DNA of 64,000 nucleotides from the NCBI RefSeq assembly GCF_009914755.1, contig NC_060948.1. One strand, 5' to 3'. The notes under the pieces were generated by a model. That model made no database searches. It was not told the DNA's origin and saw only the letters and a program-made list of their open reading frames with translations. Position numbers and translations under genes: made by a program. Positions 42,731 to 56,915 of this stretch are shown one piece after another. Position 1 is the first letter of the stretch. Each line of letters opens with the position of its first letter. The DNA comes from the human T2T-CHM13v2.0 reference genome, Homo sapiens.

Positions 42731-45700
42731 GGCCTGGAATAAAGTGGAATGCTACGGTCTCGAATGGAATAAAAATATATGGAATAGAATGCAATGAAAC
42801 GGAATCGAATGTCATAGAATGTAATGGAATGCAAAAAAATGGACTCCAAAATCATTGACTGGAAAGGCTGGGTGTCGAAAGGAATTGCCTCCAATGGAAT
42901 GGAATCGAATGGAATGGAAGTGAATAGAATGGAACTAAATCGAATGGAATGGAATTGATAGGAACGGAATGGAAAGGAATGCAATGATTTGGCATGGAAT
43001 GGAATCGAATGGCATCGAATGGAATGGAATGGAATGCAATTGAATGGAATGTATTAGAATGTAATGAACTTTAATGGAATGTACTCGAATGGATTCGACT
43101 GGAATGGAATGTTCTCGAAGTGAATGGACTCCAATGGAATGGATTCGAAAGGAATGGAATCTAATGGAATGGAATTAAATGGAAATGAATCAAATTGAAT
43201 AGAACGGAATTGAATGGAATGGAATCGAATGCAATGGAATCTAATGAAACGGAAAGGAAAGGAATGGAATGGAATGGAATGGGCTGGAATTGAATGGAAT
43301 CGAAACGAATGGAATGGAGTCGAACTGAAGAGACTGAAATGGAATGCACTGGAATGGAAGGGAGTGTAATGGAAGGTTCTCGAAAAAAATGGAATCGAAA
43401 GGAATGGAATTGAATGGAACGGAATAGAGTCGAATGGAATTCAATGGAATGGAATGGACTAGAGTGAAATGGAATCGAACCACAAGGAATGGACAGGAAT
43501 AGAATGGTCTCGAATTGAATGGAATCGTATGGAATGGCATCAAACGGAATGGAATGGACAGCCACGGAATGGAATGCACTCGAATGCAATGGAGTCGACA
43601 CTAATGGACTGGAATAGAATGGACTCGACTGGTACGGACTCCAATGGAATGGAATCGAATGGAAGGGAATGGAACGGAATGGACTCGAAGGGAAAAGACT
43701 GCAATGGAAAGGTCTCGAATGGAATGGAAATTAATGGAATGGAATGGAATCGAATGAAATGGAGTCAAAAGGAATGGAATCGAATGGCAAGAAATCGAAT
43801 GTAATGGAATCGCAAGGAATTGATGTGAACGGAACGGAATGGAATGGAATCCAAAGGAATGGAATAGAATGGAATGGAATCGAATGGAAAGGACTCGAAT
43901 GGAAATCACTCGAATAGAATGCAATTTAATAAAATAGGATCAAATGTAATGGAATGGAATGGAAAGGAATCGAAACGAAAGGAATGGAGACAGATGGAAT
44001 GGAATGGAACAGAGAGCAATGGTATAGAATGGAATGGAATCATCTGGAATGGAATTGAATGGAATGGAATAATATGAAATGGAATGGAATGGAATGGAAT
44101 GCCCTTGAATTAAATGGACTGGAATGGAATGGACTCAAAGAGAGTGGAATGGAAAGTGTTGAAATAGAATGGAATGGACTCGTTTGGAATGGTCTAGTAT
44201 GCAATGCAATCGACTGGCAGGGAATCAAGAGGAATGTAATCGAATGGATTGGACTGGAATGCAATGGACTCGAATAGTTTGGAAACGGAATTCAAAGGAA
44301 TGGAATGGAATAGTATGGAATGGAATGGAAAGGAATGGAGTGGAATAGACTAGAGTGGAATGGAATGGACTCGAAAGCAATGGACTGGAATGGAACTTTC
44401 TTGAATGGACTGGAATCAAACGGAATGGAATGCAATGCAATCAAATGGCATGGAATAAAATAGAATGAAAGAGAATCAAATGGAATTGAATCGAATGGAA
44501 TCGAATGGATTGGAAAGGAATAGAATGGAATGGAATGGAATTGACTCAAATGGAATGGACTAGAATGGAATGGATTCGAATGGAAGGCAAAGGAATGGAA
44601 TCTATTGGAATGGACTGTAATGGAATGGAATGGAAGGGATTGGAATGGACTCGAATGGAATGGACTGCAATAGAAAGGATTCGAATGGAATGAAAAAGAA
44701 TTGAATGGAATAGAACAGAATGGAATCAAATCGAATGAAATGGAATGGAAGAGAAAGGAATGGAATGAAATGGAATGGAAAGGATTCGAATGGAATGCAA
44801 TCGAATGGAATGCAATCGAATGGAATGGAATCGAACGGAATGGAATAAAATGGAAGAAAACTGGCAAGAAATGGAATCGAAATGAATGGAGTGTTATGGA
44901 ACGGACTCAAAAGGAATTGAATGTAATAGAATGGAGTGGAGTGGACTCGAATATAATGGACTGGAATGGAATGAAATCACATGGAATGGGAACGAATGGA
45001 ATGGAATGGAAAGGAATGGAATGGAAAGGAATGGAATCGAATGGAAAGGAATCGAATGGAAGGGAATGAAATTGAATCAACAGGAATGGAAGGAAGTAGA
45101 ATAGACGGTAATGGAATGGACTCGAATAGAATGGACACGAATGCTCAAATTGAATGGACTCGAATGGAATGGAAACGAAAGGAATGTCGTCGAATGGAAT
45201 TGAATCGATTGGAATGAAATCGCATAGAATGCAGTGGAATCAAATGGAATTGAATCGAAAGGAAAGGAAGCGAATGGTCTGAAATGAAATGGAATGGAAT
45301 TGAATGGAAAGTAATGCAAGGGAATAGAATGGAACGAAATTTCACGGAATGGAATCAAACTGAATGGAATCAAATCAATGGAATATAATCAAATGGCATG
45401 GAAAGGAATTGAATGGAGTAGATTGGATTGGATGGGATTGGAATGAAATGTACTGGAAAGGACTCGAATTTCATGAAATGGAATGGAATGAACTGGAACG
45501 GAATGGACTCGAATGGAATGGAATGTCATGGAATGGCATCAAATGGAATGGCATCAAATGGAATGGAATCGAATGCAATGGAATGTTATGGAATGGAATG
45601 GAATGCATTGGAATGGAATGTCCCCTAATGGAATGGATTCGAGTGGAATGGAATCGAATATAATGGAGTCGAATGAAATGGAATTGAAAGGAAAGGGATC

Positions 45701-46278
45701 GAATACAATGGAATATACTGGAATGTAATGTAATGAACTCGAATGTAATTGACTAGAATGGAATGTACATGAATGGAATGTAATCGAATGGAAAATAATC
45801 TCATGGAATAGAATCTAATGCAATAAAATCGACTCAAATAGAATAGAATGGAATGGAATGGAGTGCAGTGCAATGGAATGGAATGGAATGGAATGCAATG
45901 GAATGGAATGGAATGGGATGGAATGGTATGGGATGGATAGAAATGGACTGGAGTGAAATGGACTGGAAAGTAATGGACTCAAATTGAAAGAGCTCGAAAG
46001 AATGGAGTCAAATGGAATGGTCTGGAATGGAATGAACACGAATGTAATGCAATCCAATAGAATGGAATCGAATGGCATGGAATATAAAGAAATGGAATCG
46101 AAGAGAATGGAAACGAATGGAATGGAATTGAATGGAATGGAATTGAATGGAATGGGAACGAATGGAGTGAAATTGTATGCAGTAGAAGAGAATAGAATGG
46201 AATGCAAGCGAAATTAAAGGAATGGATTGGAATGGAATGGATTTCATTGGAATGGAAGGGAATGTATTGCAATGGACA
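42731..46278 (+). repeat. Unit U13, 3548 bp, right-domain C front / D back
   Basis: Lacks the cgtacg 15-mer. SalI 43594, two 15-bp duplications, (GGAAT)3, SacI 45990, 1-bp deletion cgaaagaatgg. Confidence 0.9.
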
Positions 46279-49200
46279 GGCCTTTAATAAAGTGGAATGC
46301 TACGGTCTCGAATGGAATAAAAATGTATGGAATGGAATTCAATGAAACGGAATCGAATGTCATAGAATGTAATGGAATGCAAAAAAATGGAATCCAAAAT
46401 CATTGACTGGAAAGGCTGGGTGTCGAAAGGAATTGACTCCAATGGAATGAAATCGAATGGAATGGAAGTGAATAGAATCGAAGTAAATCGAATGGAATGG
46501 AATTGTTAGGAACGGAATGGAAAGGAGTGCAATGATTTGGCATGGAATGGAATCGAATGGCATTGAATGGAGTGGAATGGAATGCAATGGAATGGAATGT
46601 ATTAGAATGTAATGAACATTAATGGAATGTACTCGAATGGATTCGACTGGAATGGAATGTTCTGGAAGTGAATGGACTCCAATGGAATGGATTCGAAAGG
46701 AATGGAATCTAATGGAATGGAATTAAATGGAAACGAATCAAATTGAATAGCACGGAATTGAATTGAATGGAATCGAATGCAATGGAATCTAATGAAATGG
46801 AAAGGAAAGGAATGGAATGGAATGGAATGGGCTGGAGTTGAATGGAATCGATACGAATGGAATGGAATAGAACTGAAGAGACTGGAATGGAATTCACTGG
46901 AATGGAAGGGAGTGTAATGGAAGGATCTCGAAAAAAATGGAATCGAATGGAATGGAATTGAATGGAACGGAATAGAGTCGAATTGAATTCAATGGAATTG
47001 AATGGACTAGAGTGAAATGGAATCGAACCACAAGGAATGGAGAGGAATAGAATGGTCTCGAATTGAATGGAATCGTATGGAATGACATCAAACGGAATGG
47101 AATGGACAGCCACGGAATGGAATGCACTCGAATGCAATGGAGTCGATACTAATGGACTGGAATAGAATGGACTCGACTGGTACGGACTCCAATGGAATGG
47201 AATCGAAAGGAAGGGAATCGAACGGAATGGACTCGAAGGGAAAAGACTGCAATGGAAAGGTCTCGAATGGAATGGAAATTAATGGAATGGAATGGAATCG
47301 AATGAAATGGAGTCAAAAGGAATGGAATCGAATGGCAAGAAATCGAATGTAATGGAATCGCAAGGAATTGATGTGAACGGAATGGAATGGAATGGAATCC
47401 AAAGGAATGGAATAGAATGGAATGGAATCGAATGGAAAGGACTCGAATGGAAATCACTCGAATAGAATGCAATTTAATAAAATAGGATCAAATGTAATGG
47501 AATGGAATGGAAAGGAATCGAAACGAAAGGAATGGAGACAGATGGAATGGAATGGAACAGAGAGCAATGGTATAGAATGGAATGGAATCATCTGGAATGG
47601 AATTGAATGGAATGGAATAACATGAAATGGAATGGAATGGAATGGAATGCCCTTGAATTAAATGGACTGGAATGGAATGGACTCGAACAGAGTGTAATGG
47701 AAAGTGTTGAAATAGAATGGAATGGACTCCTTTGGAATGGTCTAGTATGCAATGCAATCGACTGGCAGGGAATCAAAAGGAATGTAATCGAATGGATTGG
47801 ACTGGAATGCAATGGATTCGAATAGATTGGAAACGGAATGCAAAGGAATGGAATGGAATAGTATGGAATGGAATGGAAAGGAATGGAGTGGAATAGACTA
47901 GAGTGGAATGGAATGGACTGGAAAGCAATGGACTGGAATGGAACTTTCTTGAATGGACTGGAATCAAACGGAATGGAATGCAATGCAATCAAATGGCATG
48001 GAATAAAATGGAATGAAAGGGAATCAAATGGAATTGAATCGAATGGAATCGAATGGATTGGAAAGGAATAGAATGGAATGGAATGGAATTGACACAAATG
48101 GAATGGACTAGAATGGAATAGATTCGAATGGAAGGCAAAGGAATGGAATCTATTGGAATGGACTGTAATGGAATGGAATGGAAGGGATTGGAATGGACTC
48201 GAATGGAATGGACTGCAATAGAAAGGATTCGAATGGAATGAAAAAGAATTGAATGGAATAGAACAGAATGGAATCAAATCGAATGAAATGGAATGGAATA
48301 GAAAGGAATGGAATGAAATGGAATGGAAAGGATTCGAATGGAATGCAATCGAATGGAATGGAATCGAACGGAATGGAATAAAATGGAAGAAAACTGGCAA
48401 GAAATGGAATCGAAATGAATGGAGTGTTATGGAACGGACTCAAAAGGAATTGAATGTAATAGAATGGAGTGGAGTGGACTCGAATATAATGGACTGGAAT
48501 GGAATGAAATCACATGGAATGGGAACGAATGGAATGGAATGGAAAGGAATGGAATCGAATGGAAAGGAATCGAATGGAAGGGAATGAAATTGAATCAACA
48601 GGAATGGAAGGGAATAGAATAGACGGTAATGGAATGGACTCGAATAGAATGGACACGAATGCTCAAATTGAATGGACTCGAATGGAATGGAAACGAAAGG
48701 AATGTCATCGAATGGAATTGAATCGATTGGAATGAAATCGCATAGAATGGAGTGGAATCAAATGGAATTGAATCGAAAGGAAAGGAAGCGAATGGACTGA
48801 AATGAAATGGAATGGAATTGAATGGAAAGTAATGCAATGGAATAGAATGGAACGAAATTTCACGGAATGGAATCAAATCAATGGAATCAAATCAAATGGA
48901 ATGGAAAGGAATAGAATGGAGTAGATTGGATTGGATGGGATTGGAATGAAATGTACTGGAAAGGACTCGAATTTCATGAAACGGAATGGAATGAATTGGA
49001 ACGGAATGGACTCGAATGGAATGGAATGTCATGGAATGGCATCAAATGGAATGGCATCAAATGGAATGGAATCGAATGCAATGGAATGCTATGGAATGGA
49101 ATGGAATGCACTGGAATGGAATGTCCTCTAATGGAATGGATTCGAGTGGAATGGAATCGAATATAATGGAGTCGAATGAAATGGAATTGAAAGGAATGGG

Positions 49201-49807
49201 ATCGAATACAATGGAATATACTGGAATGTAATGTAATGAACTCGAATGTAATTGACTGGAATGGAATGTACATGAATGGAATGTAATCGAATGGAAAGTA
49301 ATCCAATGGAATAGAATCTAATGCAATAAAATCGACTCAGATAGAGTAGAATGTAATGGAATGGAGTGCAGTGCAATGGAATGGAACGGAATGGAATGGA
49401 ATGCAATGGAATGGAATGGAATGGAATGGAATGGGATGGAATGGGATGGAATGGTATGGAATGGATAGTAATGGACTGGAGTGAAATGGACTGGAAAGGA
49501 ATGGACTCAAATTGAAAGGGCTCGAAAGGAATGGAGTCAAATGGAATGGTCTGGAATGGAATGAACACGAATGTAATGCAATCCAATAGAATGGAATCGA
49601 ATGGCATGGAATATAAAGAAATGGAATCGAAGAGAATGGAAACAAATGGAATGGAATTGAATGGAATGGAATTGAATGGAATGGGAACGAATTGAGTGAA
49701 ATTGTATGCAGTAGAAGGGAATAGAATGGAATGCAAGCGAAAGTAAAGGAATGGATTGGAATGGAATGGAATTCATTGGAATGGAAGGGAATGTAGTGTA
49801 ATGGACA
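46279..49807 (+). repeat. Unit U14, 3529 bp, highly diverged front
   Basis: ggcctttaataa, three extra EcoRI sites, 15-bp deletion near 48875. Confidence 0.9.
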
Positions 49808-52800
49808 GGCCTGGAATAAAGTGGAATGCTACGGTCTCGAATGGAATAAAAATGTATGGAATGGAATGCAATGAAACGGAATCGAATGTCATAGAATGTA
49901 ATGGAATGCAAAAAAATGGAATCCAAAATCATTGACTGGAAAGGCTGGGTGTCGAAAGGAATTGACTCCAATGGAATGGAATCAAATGGAATGGAAGTGA
50001 ATAGAATCGAACTAAATCGAATGGAATGGAATTGATAGGAACGGAATGGAAAGGAATGCAATGATTTGGCATGGAATGGAATCGAATGGCATCGAATGGA
50101 ATGGAATGGAATGCAATGGAATGGAATGTATTAGAATGTAATGAACTTTAATGGAATGTACTCGAATGGATTCGACTGGAATGGAATGTTCTGGAAGTGA
50201 ATGGACTCCAATGGAATGGATTCAAAAGGAATGGAATCGTACGGAATGGAATCTAATGGACTGGAATTAAATGGAAAAGAATCAAATTGAATAGCACGGA
50301 ATTGAATTGAATGGAATGGAATGCAATGGAATCTAATGAAACGGAAAGGAAATGAATGGAATGGAATGGAATGGGCTGGAATGGAAAGGAATCGAAACGA
50401 ATGGAATGGAATCGAACTGAAGAGACTGGAATGGAATGCACTGGAATGGAAGGGAGTGTAATGGAAGGTTCTCGAAAAAAATGGAATCGAATGGAATGGA
50501 ATTGAATGGAACGGAATAGAGTCGAATGGAATTGAATGGAATGGAATGGACTAGAGTGAAATGGAATCGAACCACAAGGAATGGACAGGAATAGAATGGT
50601 CTCGAATTGAATGGAATCGTATGGAATGGCATCAAACGGAAAGGAATGGACAGCCACGGAATGGAATGCACTCGAATGCAATGGAGTCGAAACTAATGGA
50701 CTGGAATAGAATGGACTCGACTGGTACGGACTCCAATGGAATGGAATCGAATGGAAGGGAATCGATCGGAATGGACTCGAAGGGAAAAGACTGCAATGGA
50801 AAGGTCTCGAATGGAATGGAAATTAATGGAATGGAATGGAATCGAATGAAATGGAGTCAAAAGGAATGGAATCGAATGGCAAGAAATCGAATGTAATGGA
50901 TTCGCAAGGAATTGATGTGAACGGAATGGAATGGAATGGAATCCAAAGGAATGGAATAGAATGGAATGGAATCGAATGGAAAGGACTCGAATGGAAATCA
51001 CTCGAATAGAATGCAATTTAATAAAATAGGATCAAATGTAATGGAATGGAATGGAAAGGAATCGAAACGAAAGGAATGGAGACAGATGGAATGGAATGGT
51101 ACAGAGAGCAATGGTATAGAATGGAATGGAATCATCTGGAATGGAATTGAATGGAATGGAATAATATGAAATCGAATGGAATGGAATGGAATGGAATGCC
51201 CTTGAATTAAATGGACTGGAATGGAATGGACTCCAACAGAGTGGAATGGAAAGTGTTGAGATAGAATGGAATGGACTCCTTTGGAATGGTGTAGTATGCA
51301 ATGCAATCGACTGGCAGGGAATCAAAAGGAATGTAATCGAATGGATTGGACTGGAATGCAATGGACTCGAATAGATTGGAAACGGAATGCAAAGGAATGG
51401 AATGGAATAGTATGGAATGGAATGGAAAGGAATGGAGTGGAATAGACTAGAGTGGAATTGAATGGACTGGAAAGCAATGGACTGGAATGGAACTTTCTTG
51501 AATGGACTGGAATCAAACGGAATGGAATGCAATGCAATCAAATGGCATGGAATAAAATAGAATGAAAGAGAATCAAATGGAATTGAATCGAATGGAATCG
51601 AATGGATTGGAAAGGATTAGAATGGAATGGAATGGAATTGACTCAAATGGAATGGACTAGAATGGAATGGATTCGAATGGAAGGCAAAGGAATGGAATCT
51701 ATTGGAATGGACTGTAATTGAATGGAATGGAAGGGATTGGAATGGACTCGAATGGAATGGACTGCAATAGAAAGGATTCGAATGGAATGAAAAAGAATTG
51801 AATGGAATAGAACAGATTGGAATCAAATCGAATGAAATGGAATGGAATAGAAAGGAATGGAATGAAATGGAATGGAAAGGATTCGAATGGAATGCAATCG
51901 AATGGAATGGAATCGAACGGAATGGAATAAAATGGAAGAAAACTGGCAAGAAATGGAATCGAAATGAATGGAGTGTTATGGAACGGACTCAAAAGGAATT
52001 GAATATAATAGAATGGAGTGGAGTGGACTCGAATATAATGGACTGGAATGGAATGAAATCACATGGAATGGGAACGAATGGAATGGAATGGAAAGGAATG
52101 GAATCGAATGGAAAGGAATCGAATAGAAGGGAATTAAATTGAATCAACAGGAATGGAAGGGAATAGAATAGACGGTAATGGAATGGACTCGAATAGAATG
52201 GACACGAATGCTCAAATTGAATGGACACGAATGGAATGGAAACGAAAGGAATGTCATCGAATGGAATTGAATCGATTGGAATGAAATCGCATAGAATGGA
52301 GTGGAATCAAATGGAATTGAATCGAAAGGAAAGGAAGCGAATGGACTGAAATGAAATGGAATGGAATTGAATGGAAAGTAATGCAATGGAATAGAATGGA
52401 ACGAAATTTCACGGAATGGAATCAAACTGAATGGAATCAAATCAATGGAATCAAATCAAATGGAATGGAAAGGAATTGAATGGAGTAGATTGGATTGGAT
52501 GGGATTGGAATGAAATGTACTGGAAAGGACTCGAATTTCATGAAACGGAATGGAATGAATTGGAACGGAATGGACTCGAATGGAATGGAATGTCATGGAA
52601 TGGCATCAAATGGAATGGCATCAAATGGAATGGAATCGAATGCAATGGAATGCTATGGAATGGAATGGAATGCATTGGAATGGAATGTCCTCTAATGGAA
52701 TGGATTCGAGTGGAATGGAATCGAATATAATGGAGTCGAATGAAATGGAATTGAAAGGAATGGGATCGAATAGAATGGAATATACTGGAATGTAATATAA

Positions 52801-53381
52801 TGAACTCGAATGTAATTGAGTGGAATGGAATGTACATGAATGGAATGTAATCGAATGGAAAGTAATCCAATGGAATAGAATCTAATGCAATAAAATCGAC
52901 TCAGATAGAGTAGAATGTAATGGAATGGAGTGCAGTGCAATGGAATAGAATGGAATGGAATGCAATGGAATGGAATGGAATGGAATGGAATGGAATGGAA
53001 TGGAATGGAATGGGATGGGATGGAATGGTATGGAATGGATAGTAATGAACTGGAGTGAAATGGACTGGAAAGGAATGGAGTCAAATTGAAAGGGCTCGAA
53101 AGGAATGGAGTCAAATGGAATAGTCTGGAATGGAATGAACACGAATGTAATGCAATCCAATAGAATGGAATCGAATGGCATGGAATATAAAGAAATGGAA
53201 TCGAAGAGAATGGAAACAAATGGAATGGAATTGAATGGAATGGAATTGAATGGAATGGGAACGAATTGAGTGAAATTGTATGCAGTAGAAGGGAATAGAA
53301 TGGAATGCAAGCGAAAGGAAAGGAATGGATTGGAATGGAATGGAATTCATTGGAATGGAAGGGAATGTAGTGTAATGGACA
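49808..53381 (+). repeat. Unit U15, 3574 bp, longest unit, carrying the undeleted allele at the A- and B-defining indels
   Basis: Has cgtacg (50238-50243), intact ggactggaatggaatggact, ttgactcaaa and the doubled ttgaatggaatggaa block. Confidence 0.9.
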
Positions 53382-56300
53382 GGCCTGGAATAAAGTGGAA
53401 TGCTACGGTCTCGAACGGAATAAAAATGTATGGAATGGAATGCAATGAAACGGAATCGAATGTCATAGAATGTAATGGAATGCAAAAAAATGGAATCCAA
53501 AATCATTGACTGGAAAGGCTGGGTGTCGAAAGGAATTGACTCCAATGGAATGGAATCGAATGGAATGGAAGTGAATAGAATCGAACTAAATCGAATGGAA
53601 TGGAATTGATAGGAACGGAATGGAAAGGAATGCAATGATTTGGCATGGAATGGAATCGAATGGCATCGAATGGAATGGAATGGAATGCAATGGAATGGAA
53701 TGTATTAGAATGTAATGAACTTTAATGGAATGTACTCGAATGGATTCGACTGGAATGGAATGTTCTGGAAGTGAATGTACTCCAATTGAATGGATTCGAA
53801 AGGAATGGAATCTAATGGAATGGAATTAAATGGAAATGAATCAAATTGAATAGAACGGAATTGAATTGAATGGAATCGAATGCAATGGAATCTAATGAAA
53901 CGGAAAGGAAAGGAATGGAATGGATTGGAATGGAATGGGCTGGAATGGAATGGAATCGAAACGAATGGAATGGAATCGAACTGAAGAGACTGGAATGGAA
54001 TGCACTGGAATGGAAGGGAATGTAATGGAAGGTTCTCGAAAAAAATGGAATCGAAAGGAATGGAATTGAATGGAACGGAATAGAGTCGAATGGAATTCAA
54101 TGGAATGGAATGGACTAGAGTGAAATGGAATCGAACCACAAGGAATGGACAGGAATAGAATGGTCTCGAATTGAATGGAATCGTATGGAATGGCATCAAA
54201 CGGAATGGAATGGACAGCCACGGAATGGAATGCACTCGAATGCAATGGAGTCGACACTAATGGACTGGAATAGAATGGACTCGACTGGTACGGACTCCAA
54301 TGGAATGGAATCGAATGGAAGGGAATCGAACGGAATGGACTCGAAGGGAAAAGACTGCAATGGAAAGGTCTCGAATGGAATGGAAATTAATGGAATGGAA
54401 TGGAATCGAATGAAATGGAGTCAAAAGGAATGGAATCGAATGGCAAGAAATCGAATGTAATGGAATCGCAAGGAATTGATGTGAACGGAACGGAATGGAA
54501 TGGAATCGAAAGGGATGGAATGGAATCGAATGGAAAGGACTCGAATGGAAATCACTCGAATAGAATGCAATTTAATAAAATAGGATCAAATGTAATGGAA
54601 TGGAATGGAAAGGAATCGAAAGGAAAGGAATGGAGACAGATGGAATGGAATGGAACAGAGAGCAATGGTATAGAATGGAATGGAATCATCTGGAATGGAA
54701 TTGAATGGAATGGAATAAGATGAAATGGAATGGAATGGAATGGAATGCCCTTGAATTAAATGGACTGGAATGGAATGGACTCGAACAGAGTGGAATGGAA
54801 AGTGTTGAAATAGAATGGAATGGACTCCTTTGGAATGGTCTAGTATGCAATGCAATCGACTGGCAGAGAATCAAGAGGAATGTAATCGAATGGAAAAGAC
54901 TGGAATGCAATGGAATCGAATAGATTGGAAACGGAAAGCAAAGGAATGGAATGGAATAGTATGGAATGGAATGGAAAGGAATGGAGTGGAATAGACTAGA
55001 GTGGAATAGAATGGACTCGAAAGCAATGGACTGGAATGGAACTTTCTTGAATGGACTGGAATCAAACGGAATGGAATGCAATGCAATCAAATGGCATGGA
55101 ATAAAATAGAATGAAAGAGAATCAAATGGAATTGAATCGAATGGAATCGAGTGGATTGGAAAGGATTAGAATGGAATGGAATGGAATTGACTCAAATGGA
55201 ATGGACTAGAATGGAATGGATTCGAATGGAAGGCAAAGGAATGGAATCTATTGGAATGGAGTGTAATGGAATGGAATGGAAGGGATTGGAATGGACTCAA
55301 ATGGAATGGACTGCAATAGAAAGGATTCGAATGGAATGAAAAAGAATTGAATGGAATAAAACAGAATGGAATCAAATCGAATGAAATGGAATGGAATAGA
55401 AAGGAATGGAAAGGATTCGAATGGAATGCAATCGAATGGAATGCAATCGAATGGAATGGAATCGAACGGAATGTAATAAAATGGAAGAAAACTGGCAAGA
55501 AATGGAATCGAAATGAATGGAGTGTTATGGAACGGACTCAAAAGGAATTGAATGTAATAGAATGGAGTGGAGTGGACTCGAATATAATGGACTGGAATGG
55601 AATGAAATCACATGGAATGGGAACGAATGGAATGGAATGGAAAGGAATGGAATCGAATGGAAAGGAATCGAATGGAAGGGAATGAAATTGAATCAACAGG
55701 AATGGAAGGGAGTAGAATAGACGGTAATGGAATGGACTCGAATAGAATGGACACGAATGCTCAAATTGAATGGACTCGAATGGAATGGAAACGAAAGGAA
55801 TGTCATCGAATGGAATTGAATCGATTGGAATGAAATCACATAGAATGGAGTGGAATCAAATAGAATTGAATCGAAAGGAAAGGAAGCGAATGGACTGAAA
55901 TGAAATGGAATGGAATTGAATGGAAATTAATGCAATGGAATAGAATGGAACGAAATTTCACGGAATGGAATCAAACTGAATGGAATCAAATCAATGGAAT
56001 ATAATCAAATGGAATGGAAAGGAATTGAATGGAGTAGATTGGATTGGATGGGATTGGAATGAAATGCACTGGAAAGGACTCGAATTTCATGAAACGGAAT
56101 GGAATGAATTGGAACGGAATGGACTCGAATGGAATGGAATGTCACGGAATGGCATCAAATGGAATGGCATCAAATGGAATGGAATAGAATGCAATGGAAT
56201 GCTATGGAATGGAATGGAATGCATTGGAATGGAATGTCCTCTAATGGAATGGATTCGAGTGGAATGGAATCGAATATAATGGAGTCGAATGAAATGGAAT

Positions 56301-56915
56301 TGAAAGGAATGGGATCGAATACCATGTAATATACTGGAATGTAATGTAATGAACTCGAATGTAATTGACTGGAATGGAATGTACATGAATGGAATGTAAT
56401 CGAATGGAAAGTAATCCAATGGAATAGAATCTAATGTAATAAAATCGACTCAAATAGAATAGAATGTAATGGAATGGAGTGCAGTGCAATGGAATGGAAT
56501 GGAATGGAATGCAATGGAATGGAATGGAATGGAATGGAATGGAATGGAATGGGATGGAATGGTATGGAATGGATAGTAATGGACTGGAGTGAAATGGACT
56601 GGAAAAGAATGGACTCAAATTGAAAGGGCTCGAAAGGAATGGAGTCAAATGGAATGGTCTGGAATGGAATGAATACGAATGTAATGCAATCCAATAGAAT
56701 GGAATCGAATGGTATGGAATATAAAGAATTGGAATCGAAGAGAATGGAAACAAATGGAATGGAATTGAATGGAATGGAATTGAATGGAATGGGAACGAAT
56801 GGAGTGAAATTGTATGCAGTAGAAGAGAATAGAATGGAATGCAAGCGAAAGGAAAGGAATGGATTGGAATGGAATGGAATTCATTGGAATGGAAGGGAAT
56901 GTAGTGTAATGGACA
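53382..56915 (+). repeat. Unit U16, 3534 bp, right-domain mosaic with C back
   Basis: SalI 54250, 10-bp deletion near 54510, C alleles from ~55711. Confidence 0.9.
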
